Position numbers and translations under genes: made by a program. This document shows positions 1 to 10,923 of a DNA stretch of 64,000 bases, one piece after another. Source of the stretch: Octopus sinensis (lineage: Eukaryota); contig NW_021837034.1 in NCBI RefSeq assembly GCF_006345805.1, forward strand, positions 1-64,000, written 5' to 3'. Numbering within the stretch: the first letter of the stretch is position 1; each line of letters begins with the position of its first letter. The notes below the pieces were generated by a model. It did not search any database. It was not told where the DNA came from and saw only the letters and a list, made by a program, of their open reading frames with translations.

Positions 1-630
1 ACCGGGCGAAATGCTTAGAGGCATTTCATCCGTCTTTACGTTCTGAGTTCAAATTCCGCTGAGGTCAACTTTGCCTTTCATCCTTTCGGGGTCGATTAAA
101 TTAAGTACCAGTTACACACTGCAGTCGATATAACCGACTTAATCCATTTGTCTGTCCTTGTTTGTCCCCTCGTATTTAGCCCCTTGTGGGTAGTAAAGAA
201 ATAAGAAACGTTAGCAAGCCGGGCGAAATGCTTAGCGGCATTTCATCCGTCCTTACGTTCTGAGTTCAAATTCCGCTGAGGTCAACTTTGCCTTTCATCC
301 TTTCGGGGTCGATTAAATTAGTACCAGTTACACACTGCAGTCGATATAACCGACTTAATCCATTTGTCTGTCCTGTTGTCCCCTCGTATTTAGCCCCTTG
401 TGGTAGTAAAGAAATAAGAAACGTTAGCAAGCCGGGCGAAATGCTTAGCGGCATTTCATCCGTCCTTACGTTCTGAGTTCAAATTCCACTGAGGTCGACT
501 TTGCCTTTTATCCTTTCGGGGTCGATAAATTAAGTAGCACTCAAGAACTGGGGTCGATATGATCGACTATCCCTCTCACCCAAATTTCAGGCCTTGCGCC
601 TATAGTAAGAAAGGATTATTATTATTATTT
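1..630 (+). mobile_element. tRNA-derived SINE family A, three head-to-tail units
   Basis: Units start CCGGGCGAAATGCTTAG at 2, 219 and 432. Each has a B-box-like GAGTTCAAATTCC and the central GCCTTTCATCCTTTCGGGGTCGATAAATTAAGTACCAG, which resembles the MetaSINE-type domain as I recall it (needs confirmation). The array ends in an (ATT)n tail. Confidence 0.88.
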
Positions 631-911
631 GGCACGCGGGACGAAATGTTTAGCAGTATTTCGTCCGTCTTTGCGTTCTGAGTTCAAATTCCACCGAGGT
701 CGACTTTACCTTTTATACTTTCAGGGTTAATGAATTAAGTACCAGTGAAACACGGGTTCATGAAATCGACTACCCCACCCCAAATTCCAGGCCTTGTGCC
801 TATTCTTTTCTATTTTAGGCACAAGGCCCGAAACTTTCGGGGAGTGGGCCAATCGATTAGATTGACACCAGTACGATCTAATCGAAAGATTATTTTTATT
901 AATAGCGAGAC

Positions 912-1345
912 GAAGGCGGTGAGCTGGCAGAAACGTTAGTGCGTCGGGCGAAATGCTTAGCAGTATTTCACCAGCCGCTACGTTCTGAGTTCAAATTTCA
1001 CCGAGGTCGACTGTGCCTTTCATCCTTTCGGGGTTGATAAATTAAGTAACAGTTATGCACTGAAGTCGATGTAATCGTCTTAATCCCTTTGTCTGTCCTT
1101 GTTTGTTCCCTCTATGTTTAGCCCCTTGTGGGCAATAAAGAAATAAGAAACGTTAGCACGCCTGGCAAAATACTTAGCGGTATTTCGTCTGACTCTACGT
1201 TCTGAGTTGAAATTTCGCCGAGGTTGATTTTGCCTTTCATCCTTTCAGGGTCTATAAATTAAGTACCAGTTACGTACTGGGGTCGATCTAATTGACAGCC
1301 ACCCCCCTCTCCAAAATTTCGCGTCTTCTTCCTAGAGTAGAAAAT
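912..1345 (+). mobile_element. SINE family A dimer
   Basis: Head GGCGGTGAGCTGGCAGAAACGTTAG. The second unit starts at the AAATAAG|AAACGTTAGC junction (~1146). A further copy lies at 631-830. Confidence 0.88.
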
Positions 1346-1537
1346 ATTAATAGCGAGACGTTCACCGGAGACTGTGTCATTTTTCTTGTGTCCAGTTTTT
1401 GCAAATAATAGATTACACTGGGTTTTTACTAAGGGAAAACAAGTTTCTTTTTCTCCAAGAGATTATTTTAAGAACAAAAAGCACAGAACGGCACACATTC
1501 ACGTATATATATGTGTGTGCGCGCTATATAAATATAT

Positions 1538-1798
1538 AGTGGTTAGGGCAGCGGACTCGCGGTCGCAGGATCGCGGTTTCGATTCCCAGACCGGGCGTTG
1601 TGAGTGTTTATTGAGCGAAAACACCTAAAAGCTCCACGAGGCTCCGGCAGGGGGTGATGATCCCTGCTGTACTCCTTCACCACTCTTTCTTCTGTTGGCC
1701 TGCTCGCTTAGCCAGTGGGATGGCGTCATTCGAAGGCTAAAACAATGCGAACGCATTGTGACCAGCGATGTGTAACAACATCTGATGGTCTGGTCGGT

Positions 1799-1805
<7 letters not shown>
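1538..1805 (+). mobile_element. tRNA-derived SINE family B
   Basis: AGTGGTTAGGGCAGCGGACTCGCGGTCGCAGGATCGCGGTTTCGATTCCCAGACC (A-box/B-box-like). The body is shared with 50872-51180, and (TA)n follows. Confidence 0.9.
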
Positions 1806-1848
<43 letters not shown>

Positions 1849-2599
1849 TATATACAGGTGCGGCAGAAATACCTCCCACATTTTAAACTTTCACCTGTGT
1901 TGCTAATGAACTTATGCAAGTGCCATTGATGTTTTCTTTGAAAGCCTGGTAACTTATTTTATCAGTCTCTTTTGCTGAATCGTTAAGTTACGGGGGGCGT
2001 AAACACACCAACATCGGTTATCAAGCCGCTGCGCCACCACCACCCCGGAGGAAGGGATCAAACAGACAGACACGTTTATACATATATTATAGTATATGAT
2101 ATACACAAATATTTATGAGGGGCCTCTTTCAGTTTCTGTCTACCACATTCATTCACAAGGCTCTGGTCGGCCTGAGGCTAAAGTAGAAGACACTCTTGCC
2201 CAAGGTAAGGTGCCACGCAGTGGGACCGAACCCAGAACCACGTGATCGGGAAGAAAACTTCTTACCTCACAGCCAGGCATATACAAATATAAAATATGAG
2301 TATATTCTTTACATTAAGTGATAGCACAGTACCCGTAGCCAGATTTGTGATGAAGGGAGCTAGCTACAGAAAAAGAGACAGGTGGAAACATGAGAATGTT
2401 TTCGTCATGTCACTTATTATTATACAGAATGTCAGTTTAAATGTTTATCCATCTTTCTATGGACATATTTAGTCACAGCTCTCTCGAACAAACTTCGGAT
2501 TAATTGTAGGACGCACTTAACTCTCAGTAAATAATACCTAGTGGCGCCTCGATTATATTTTTCCAATTAAGATGTGCCGTGAGAGGTGTGCATGTAATT

Positions 2600-2712
2600 A
2601 TTTTGTGTGTGTGTGTGTGTGTGTGTGTATAAGATATGAGTAAAAATACACGAGGTATATACAAGTAAATAATCGCATAAATAACATGCAATATAAATAT
2701 ATATATACATAT

Positions 2713-2753
<41 letters not shown>

Positions 2754-3153
2754 TATATATATACATATACACACACCATATATATATACATATACACACA
2801 CACATATATATATACATATACACACACACATATATATATATACATATACACACACATATATATATATATATACATATACACACACATATATATATATATC
2901 ATATACACCACATTATATTATATATACATATACACATATTATATATACATATACACACACATATATATATATACATACACACACATTATATATATATATA
3001 TATATACACACATATATATATATATACACATATACACACATATATAATATAACACACACCACATCATATATATATATATATATATATAACACACACACCA
3101 CATATATATATATATATACACACACACCATATATATATATATATAATATATAT

Positions 3154-3205
<52 letters not shown>

Positions 3206-3235
3206 TATATATATATATACACACACACACACCAC

Positions 3236-3272
<37 letters not shown>

Positions 3273-3277
3273 TATAT

Positions 3278-3348
<71 letters not shown>

Positions 3349-3401
3349 CACATATATATAATATATATATACACACACACACACATATATATATATATAA
3401 T

Positions 3402-3436
<35 letters not shown>

Positions 3437-3450
3437 CACACACACACCAC

Positions 3451-3517
<67 letters not shown>

Positions 3518-3622
3518 CATATATATATATATATAGAATATATATACACACACCATATTATATATATATATATATATATATAACACACACATATATATAT
3601 ATATATATATCACACACACACA

Positions 3623-3654
<32 letters not shown>

Positions 3655-3694
3655 CACACCCAATATATATATATATAACACACAACACACACAC

Positions 3695-3727
<33 letters not shown>

Positions 3728-3781
3728 CACACACACATATATATATATATATACCACACACACACCACAATATATATATAT

Positions 3782-3813
<32 letters not shown>

Positions 3814-3815
3814 AT

Positions 3816-3858
<43 letters not shown>

Positions 3859-3890
3859 TACATATATATATATATACATATACACACACA
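2600..3890. repeat. Compound (TA)n/(CA)n microsatellite, ~1.3 kb
   Basis: Alternating TA and CA runs. Similar tracts lie at 4460-4890, 17140-17310, 24660-25320, 25640-25960, 28590-29090, 30680-31010, 46740-46990 and 61700-62100. Confidence 0.97.
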
Positions 3891-4183
3891 GACAAACGAT
3901 CTTTTTCTGTTTGATCCCACACACATGAACATATTACATACGGGAAAAAAAAAAAAGAGAGATCGGAATGTATAGCCGTGCCCCAGAATGGCCAAAACCA
4001 CGAACCAGGCGCACAATAAATATGTATTTAGTAGGGAGTTAAAAAGCAGATATAAAGGAGATCAATTGGGCGCCGGGAAAGGGGGACAGAAAAGGTGGTG
4101 GAGGCGAGACGGGGGACGGATATATCCGTATATGTGATAACTTGTCAAAGTGTATATATACCAAGTATGACATTATTATTATC

Positions 4184-4224
<41 letters not shown>

Positions 4225-4487
4225 ATATATCAACAAAAATGACAGCGACATTTTAAGATGATTTACAAATAGAACTAAAAAGAACGAAGAAAAAAAGATA
4301 AAAGACAGAGGGTTAAGGAATAAAAAAAAAGAATTAAAAGGAAAAATATAACAGGGAAAAAAATTTACACAAACATCCTTAAATAATCAGAAACCGCAAA
4401 TTTCTTTTGAATGCCTTCTCCCCCCCTCTCTTTGCGTCGTCGCGCACTACAAATACATGCATTTGATACACACACGCACATATATAT

Positions 4488-4602
<115 letters not shown>

Positions 4603-4832
4603 TATATATATTACACACACACACACATATATATATATACACACACACACACATATATATATATACACACACATATATATATATATACACACACACATAT
4701 ATACACACACACATATATACACACACACATATATATACACACACACACATATATATATATACACACACATATATATATATACACACACATATATATATAT
4801 ACACACACACATATATATATATATATACACAC

Positions 4833-4867
<35 letters not shown>

Positions 4868-5037
4868 TATATATACATATACACACGTGTGAATGTGTGT
4901 AGTGGTTCAGCGCTTTCATCTTTGTATATTTCGTATATTTTTACTCAGTATCAATCAAAAGGAAATATTTTTTTTCTTTCTCTTATTTATCTATTTTTAC
5001 CTTTTATTTTATATCACATTATATCATACACACACAC

Positions 5038-5069
<32 letters not shown>

Positions 5070-5290
5070 AAACTTTTTTTCTTTTTTCGTGTAGCTTAAA
5101 GCGAGCGAAAAAAAGGGAGGGGAGGGGAAAAAATGAAATAAATAATAAAAAAATCTGGAAGAACGGGGAAAAAATAAAACCAAAAACCAAAAAAAAAAGG
5201 AAGAAAAAATATTAAAACAAAAAAAACAAAGCGAATAATAAATAAATAAAATAATAAATAATCCGGCAGCAGCAAGCGGCGCGCGCGTGC

Positions 5291-5325
<35 letters not shown>

Positions 5326-5959
5326 TGTGAGAAAAGAGGAGAAAAGCAAGATCGTTGATTTCCTTCCTGTATTATTCACCTTTAGGATCGTAGCTTAGAG
5401 GCAGACATGGCGGAATCAAGTGGAATCAATCCAACAGCAAACACACACACTTTCCCATTCATTCCTTATTCCTTTCACCTCCTCCTCATCCACCCCCACT
5501 TTTTTTTCCCCTTCTAATTTCTGTTCATTGTCTCATTTTCTCCAAGTAGAAACTTTTCTTCTTTTTATTTTCTCATTTTTATTTTTAAATCATTATTACA
5601 GATCGGGGTTGTTTTTTTTCTGTAGTATTTTCTTTTGGTTTCTTCTTTATTAACAAGATACAATGATTTTATATGATGAGAAAAAGAATAAGGATTGCTG
5701 TGGCGTTTATTCTTGCCCCTAAGACCATGAACGGCTTCTACGAAAGTCAATTGAATAGAATAAATAACAGCCAAATATCCCTCAAATCATAAATACATCT
5801 TTATAGTGCAGTTAGCACGGCGGATCGACATTTAGGCTTGGAGAACAAAATTAAATACTGGGACCGATTCATTCCAAATTTCAATTTTGCTTTTCATGGG
5901 TCCGGGATCGATAAAAGTAAAGTACTAGTCAAGTGCTCACAGGGTTCTATACAATTTTT

Positions 5960-6290
5960 TCTACTCTAGGCACAAGGCCAGAAATTTTTGGAGAGTGGTA
6001 CTTAATTCATCGACCCCGAAAGCATGAGACAGACGAAATACCTATTTCTATTTCTTTACTACCCACAAGGGGCTAAACACAGAGGAGACAAAGAGGGACA
6101 GACAAACGGATTAAGTCTATTATATCGACCCCAGTGCGTAACTGGTACTTATTTAATCGACCCCGAAAGGATGAAAGGCAAATTCGACCTCGGCAAAATT
6201 TGAACTCAGAACGTGACGGCAGACGAAATACCGGTAAGCATTTTTCGCCTGGCGTGCTAACGCTTCTACCAGCTCGCCGCCCTGGGATCT
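5960..6290 (-). mobile_element. SINE family A multimer
   Basis: Reverse complement of the family A head, core and tail. Ends GCTAACGCTTCTACCAGCTCGCCGCC. Confidence 0.85.
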
Positions 6291-6734
6291 AGAAAATTGA
6301 ATTACTCCTTCCACTCAGGTGTGCTGGCCTTGTGCTTAAATTTAAATTCATCATCATCACCACCACCATCGCAACAAGAAGTGGTATTTAGGTCAGAGTT
6401 CAATTTGAGCTGTGGTTGTCTTCGTTTTTGCATGTATTTATGTATGTGAATGTGTGGTTGTGTCTGTGTTTGTTCCACCAACATTGCTTGACATCCGATG
6501 CTGGTGTGTTTACGTCCCCGTAACTTAACGGTTCGGCAAAATAGACCGATAGAATAAGTACTAGGCTTCCAAAGAATAAGTCCTGGGGTCGATTTGCTCG
6601 ACTATAGGCGGTGCTCCAGCATGGCCGCAGTCAAATGACTGAATCAAGTAAAAGAGAAAACAAGAGTAATCGACTAGACCCGTCTCACAAAAGTATATGG
6701 CCCTTTGTCTATGTTAGAGATTGTTAAAGCAGTG

Positions 6735-7200
6735 ATTTGGCAGAAACTTAGCGCGTCGAACAAAATACTTAGCGGTAGTTCTTCTGGCCCCTTACGTTCT
6801 GAGTTCAAATTCCGCCGTGGTCAACTTTGCCTTTCAGCCTTTTGGGATCGCTAAGACAAGTACCTGTTGAACACTGGGTTGATACAACTGACGAACCGCC
6901 ACCTTTGGAATCGCTGACCGTGCGCAAAAATTTGGAACCATAATTATTATGAAGATAGCGATCTGGCAGGACCATTAACACGCCTGGCAAAATGCTTCGC
7001 GGCATTTACAGACGAGATGCCTTAAGTATTTCAAATTCCGCTGTGATAAAAATATGTACTTGTCAGGTACTAGAGTCGATGTAACCGACTTCCTCTTCCC
7101 TTCAAAAACTGCTAGCTCTGTGCCAAAATTTGAAACCATTATTAAGGAAGGTAAACTTTGCCCTTCAAACCTCGGAGATAAATAAAGTACCATTCGAACA
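6735..7200 (+). mobile_element. Two diverged SINE family A copies
   Basis: TTCTGAGTTCAAATTCCGCCGTGGTCAACTTTGCCTTTCAGCC and a second degenerate copy from ~6975. Confidence 0.75.
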
Positions 7201-7201
7201 G

Positions 7202-7510
7202 TGGAGGCATATGGCCTAGTGGTTAGAGCAGCGGACTCGCGGTCGAGAGATCGCGGGTTCGAATCTCAGACCAGGCGATGTGTGTGTTTATGAGTGAAAC
7301 ACCTAAGCTCCACGCGGCTCCGGCCGAAGGTAATGTCGAACTTCTGCTGACTCTTTCGCCACAAATTTCTCTCACTCTTTCCCCCTGCATCTTGCAGTTC
7401 ACCTGCGACGGACCGGCGTCCCGTCCAGGTGGGGGAACCTATACGCCAAGGAAACCGAGAAACAGGCTCTATGATCCAGGCGTGGCTCGAGAAGGAACAA
7501 ACAAACCATT
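7202..7510 (+). mobile_element. SINE family B variant with a different 3' half
   Basis: Head TGGCCTAGTGGTTAGAGCAGCGGACTCGCGG..GGTTCGAATCTC. The 3' half GGAACCTATACGCCAAGGAAACCG..GAAGGAACAAACAA also occurs in the minus copy at 61190-61498. Confidence 0.9.
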
Positions 7511-8189
7511 CGAATAGTGAGATAGATCTCTCTACTCCTTCACAGAATCAGCTGAGCTATGCTATGTATGAGAAGGGCATACAAGATCACACAGAATTCC
7601 AAAACATTTCCACTTTATATATATATATATATATCTTCCGTCTATCAACTCCACTCACGGCTGTGGTCGGTAAAAGACACCTGTCCAAGGTGCCACGCAG
7701 TGGGACTGAACTCAAAACCGCGTGATTGGGAAGCAAACTTCTCACCACACAGCCACGCATGCGCCATGAGAAACAATGGTATAAAATGCGAACAACACAG
7801 AGTCGGAAAAACAAAATGATTAGAAGGTCACTACTTAACCACTGTTTATCATAAAACAGCACTGGTTGAGACAAACCTCAGGCTAAACAACAGTGATAGA
7901 ATATTGTCCACGAAGTGTAATTTATTTTCAATCTGGACTTCCTTCCAGTCGTACAGCATTGCGTAAACAAGAAAATGGAACCGATAAGGACCAGGCTATA
8001 AACTAATTTGAAAGTGGAACGAGAGAAGCAAGGGAACTGGAAACAAGAAGAATGTGAGTAGCGGATGCAAAATGCTGCAAATATACAAATTAATTTCAAA
8101 GGCTTTTATACTGCAGAAAGTGACTATCCCACTACAAGAGAATAAAAAAAAATTAATACATTAGACTTGTAGACGTTCTCTCGGAAAGA

Positions 8190-8760
8190 CATCTCACTAC
8201 TGCTCTCTTCGAGGTCTTCATCCTCTGTGACTTGAATACTCACACCAATACTGCCGGTGCTAAAGCTGAATGTTTTCCTATTTTCAGCTCTTTACACCAG
8301 TTCATTTCATGCCCTACTCACATTCCCAGTCGACAGGCATTCCAAAACACTTGATCTCTTTCTCATCTCAAAACCTAATTCTCTAGCAAACAGTGACAGT
8401 CTTTGCGCCTATTAAACCAGAAAACCACTACCTCACTGCAACAGACCAATGCACAATCAAATACTACAGAGATCCCCTCCCTCTACACACACACGCCATG
8501 GACCTTATGGCACTTCAAGTCAGCTGACCGATCAGAGCTCCACCAATCCCTAGCAGCAGATGTGTGCTTCACCCCTAGCCGACCAGAAACAGTTGGGTAG
8601 GTAATTAAACCCATCCTTTTAGGCAAGTCTCTCCACATCACCCTCGCAATAATAATAAAGTCTCATGGCCCTCCAAGTGGTTTACTCATAGTTATGCTAC
8701 AGCTGTTCGAGCAACAAAAAAAAATACCCCACTACCCAAAACTGGGTGGCGTTCACTCAG
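8190..8760 (+). mobile_element. Decayed non-LTR retrotransposon (CR1/L2/Jockey-like) APE endonuclease region
   Basis: Frameshifted translation gives EVFILCDLNTH..TNTAGAKAECF..LHQFISCPTHIP..SKTLDLFLISKP..APIKPENH..TLWHFKSADRSEL..WFTHSYATAV. This matches the GDFNAH / LxQxVxxPT / LDL / SDH / WHYKSADW motif series. Confidence 0.8.
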
Positions 8761-8930
8761 CAGTGAAACTGATGTAAGATCTATCGTAAGATCTGGTTCC
8801 AGAATGATATATCTATGCATCACACAGGCCCTCAAACTGCAAACAATCCCTCTGGTTTCTTATTAAAAGAACGGCCACCAACTTCGAAGTTTTTATAGGT
8901 TTCATTTATTTACCTCACAACAGGAAAGGG

Positions 8931-9298
8931 GTCTCTGAATGTTGGTAGCACAGAAGGGGAGAGGGTCTCTGACAGGTTAATAGCACAGAAGGGACGGTCT
9001 CTGACAAGTTGGTAGCACAGAAGGGGCGGTCTCTGGCAGGTTGGTAGAACAGAAGGGGCGGTCTCTGACAGGTTGGTAGAACAGGAGGGGTGGTCTCTGA
9101 CAGGTTGGTAGAACAGAAGGGGCGGTCTCTGACAGGTTGGTAGCACAGAAGGGGTGGTCTCTGACAGGTTGGTAGCATTGAAGAAGCGGTCTCTAGCAGA
9201 CTATGATAAAAATTAGGGTGTCTGACAAATTGGTTTGATAGAAGAGGCAGTCTCTAGCAGGCAGGTGTGATAGAAGGATCAGTCTTGAACAGGTTGCC
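8931..9298. repeat. 32-bp minisatellite
   Basis: About 8 well-preserved copies of TCTCTGACAGGTTGGTAG[C/A]ACAGAAGGGGCGG (8931-9190), followed by 3-4 degenerate copies. Confidence 0.95.
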
Positions 9299-9852
9299 AT
9301 AAAAGCAGTAACCAAAGATAGGACCACATCCTAAAGACCGGTTCTTCTCTTTTGAGTCAGAAAACATTTCAGTTCCCAACAATCAGTGACACACTACAAA
9401 GCTGAATGAGGTCCCACATTAGGGACCAGTGTTGCTGCCATGCACATAGACATAGTAGACTGGTTGCCATTAAAACACTAAGAAACACGTTCCAGCCTCT
9501 GGGCCACAGGTATGCTGTCTCGTCTCGCATCTCTTGTAGTTAGGCGCTCCCACCTCACTCATCTCTTCATTTCTCATCACTTTTATGTCTTCCCCCACTA
9601 GCCCCAAACTAAAATACAATGTCTAGGCCCTTCATCCTTAGAACATAGGGCTCTCTGAAATTTTCTCCCAGCTCATATCTTTGCCACAGGTGTTGACCTT
9701 CCACAGTTACAAACAGAACATAAACAGTATGGATCTCATCAGACTCAAAGAGCCTGTAAAAGTCAAAGGTCAAAGGTAACCACTGCCTTTTCCACCTGAA
9801 TCAGCAAGGAAAAGGGAAGAAAAAATACACAAATGGAATCATTTCTTTACTG

Positions 9853-10110
9853 ATGTTTTCCTATTTTCAGCTCTTTACACCAGTTCATTTCATGCCCTAC
9901 TCACATTCCCAGTCGACAGGCATTCCAAAACATTTGATCTCTTTCTCACCTCAAAACCTAATTCTCTAGCAAACAGTGAGAGTTTCTGCGCCTATTAAAC
10001 CAGAAAATCACTGCCTCACTCCAACAGACCAATGCACAATCACATACTACTCAGGAGTGAAACTGATGTAAGATCTAGCGTAAGATCCTGATGTAAGATC
10101 TAGCATAAGA
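9853..10110 (+). mobile_element. Internally deleted duplicate of the LINE endonuclease fragment
   Basis: 9853-10050 is a near-identical copy of 8270-8467. It then joins directly to sequence matching 8757-8795 (TCAG..GTGAAACTGATGTAAGATCTA). Confidence 0.85.
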
Positions 10111-10161
10111 TCCTGTTGAGTCGATAATACCCACAAGGAAGTGAGAAAAGTTGTTCAATTT

Positions 10162-10340
10162 TTAACCCTTTTGCAATCAGTTAATTCTGCCAAATGCAAT
10201 GCTTATTTATTTAGTTTCGAATTAATCATGCAATTATCTCATAACCTTGAGATTTCGATGACCGATGATACGATTGTTTATTTTTAGAATGGCATTATAG
10301 GGTGGGTGTGAGAGGTCGGACCTGGCTTGCCTGAATATAT
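10162..10340. mobile_element. Partial TTAA-CCCTTT-ended (piggyBac-type) MITE of a second family
   Basis: Starts TTAACCCTTTTGC. Its internal GGGTGGGTGTGAGAGGTCGGACC is the reverse complement of a segment in 13099-13200 (TTAACTCTTTAG..GGATCCAGCCTCTCACACCTACCCTA), which supplies the other end. Confidence 0.55.
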
Positions 10341-10546
10341 TTATCAGGAGCCCTTTATTATTTAGCGTAGGCTAAGGAGGTCAAGTCACCGTGTAGATGC
10401 CCCCACCCCGTTTGTGCGTGTGGAGTTTAGTTGATGGAAAAAGCGAGGGTAGGGTGTCCCACATGTAACCATGTGTCCGTGTGTCTATCTAAACACACAG
10501 AGAGGGAGGGAGAGAGACAGAAAGATATATATATATATATATAGGT

Positions 10547-10923
10547 GCAGGAGTGGCTGTGTGGTAAGTAGCTTGCTTACGAACCACATGGTTCCGGGTT
10601 CAGTCCCACTGCGTGGCACCTTGGGCAAGTGTCTTCTACTATAGCCTCGGGCCGACGAAAGCCTTGTGATTGGATTCGGTAGACGGAAACTGAAAGAAGC
10701 CCGTCGTGTATATATGTATGTATGTGTATTTGTCCTCCAACATCGCTTGACAACCGATGCTGGTGTGTTTACGTCCCCGTAACTTAGCGGTTCGGCAAAA
10801 GAGACCGATAGAATAAGTACTAGGCTTACAAAGAACAAGTCATGGGGTCGATTTCTTCGACTAAAGGCGGTGCTCCAGCATGGCCGCAGTCAAATGACTG
10901 AAACAAGTAAAAGAGTAAAAGAG
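10547..10923 (+). mobile_element. tRNA-derived SINE family C (CORE-like), full length
   Basis: GCAGGAGTGGCTGTGTGGTAAG..GGGTTCAGTCCC head, GGCACCTTGGGCAAGTGTCTT (resembles the MIR/CORE motif), an internal microsatellite, and the tail CAGTCAAATGACTGAAACAAGTAAAAGAG. Confidence 0.92.

Noticed and set aside
8160-8400. Acidic, protein-like minus-strand frame (IGVSIQVTEDEDLEESSSEMSFRENVYK)
   Set aside because: It is the antisense of the LINE endonuclease motifs on the + strand and contains two stops.
8910-9178. Repetitive 78- and 87-aa ORFs
   Set aside because: Frame-cycling translation of a 32-bp (non-multiple-of-3) minisatellite.
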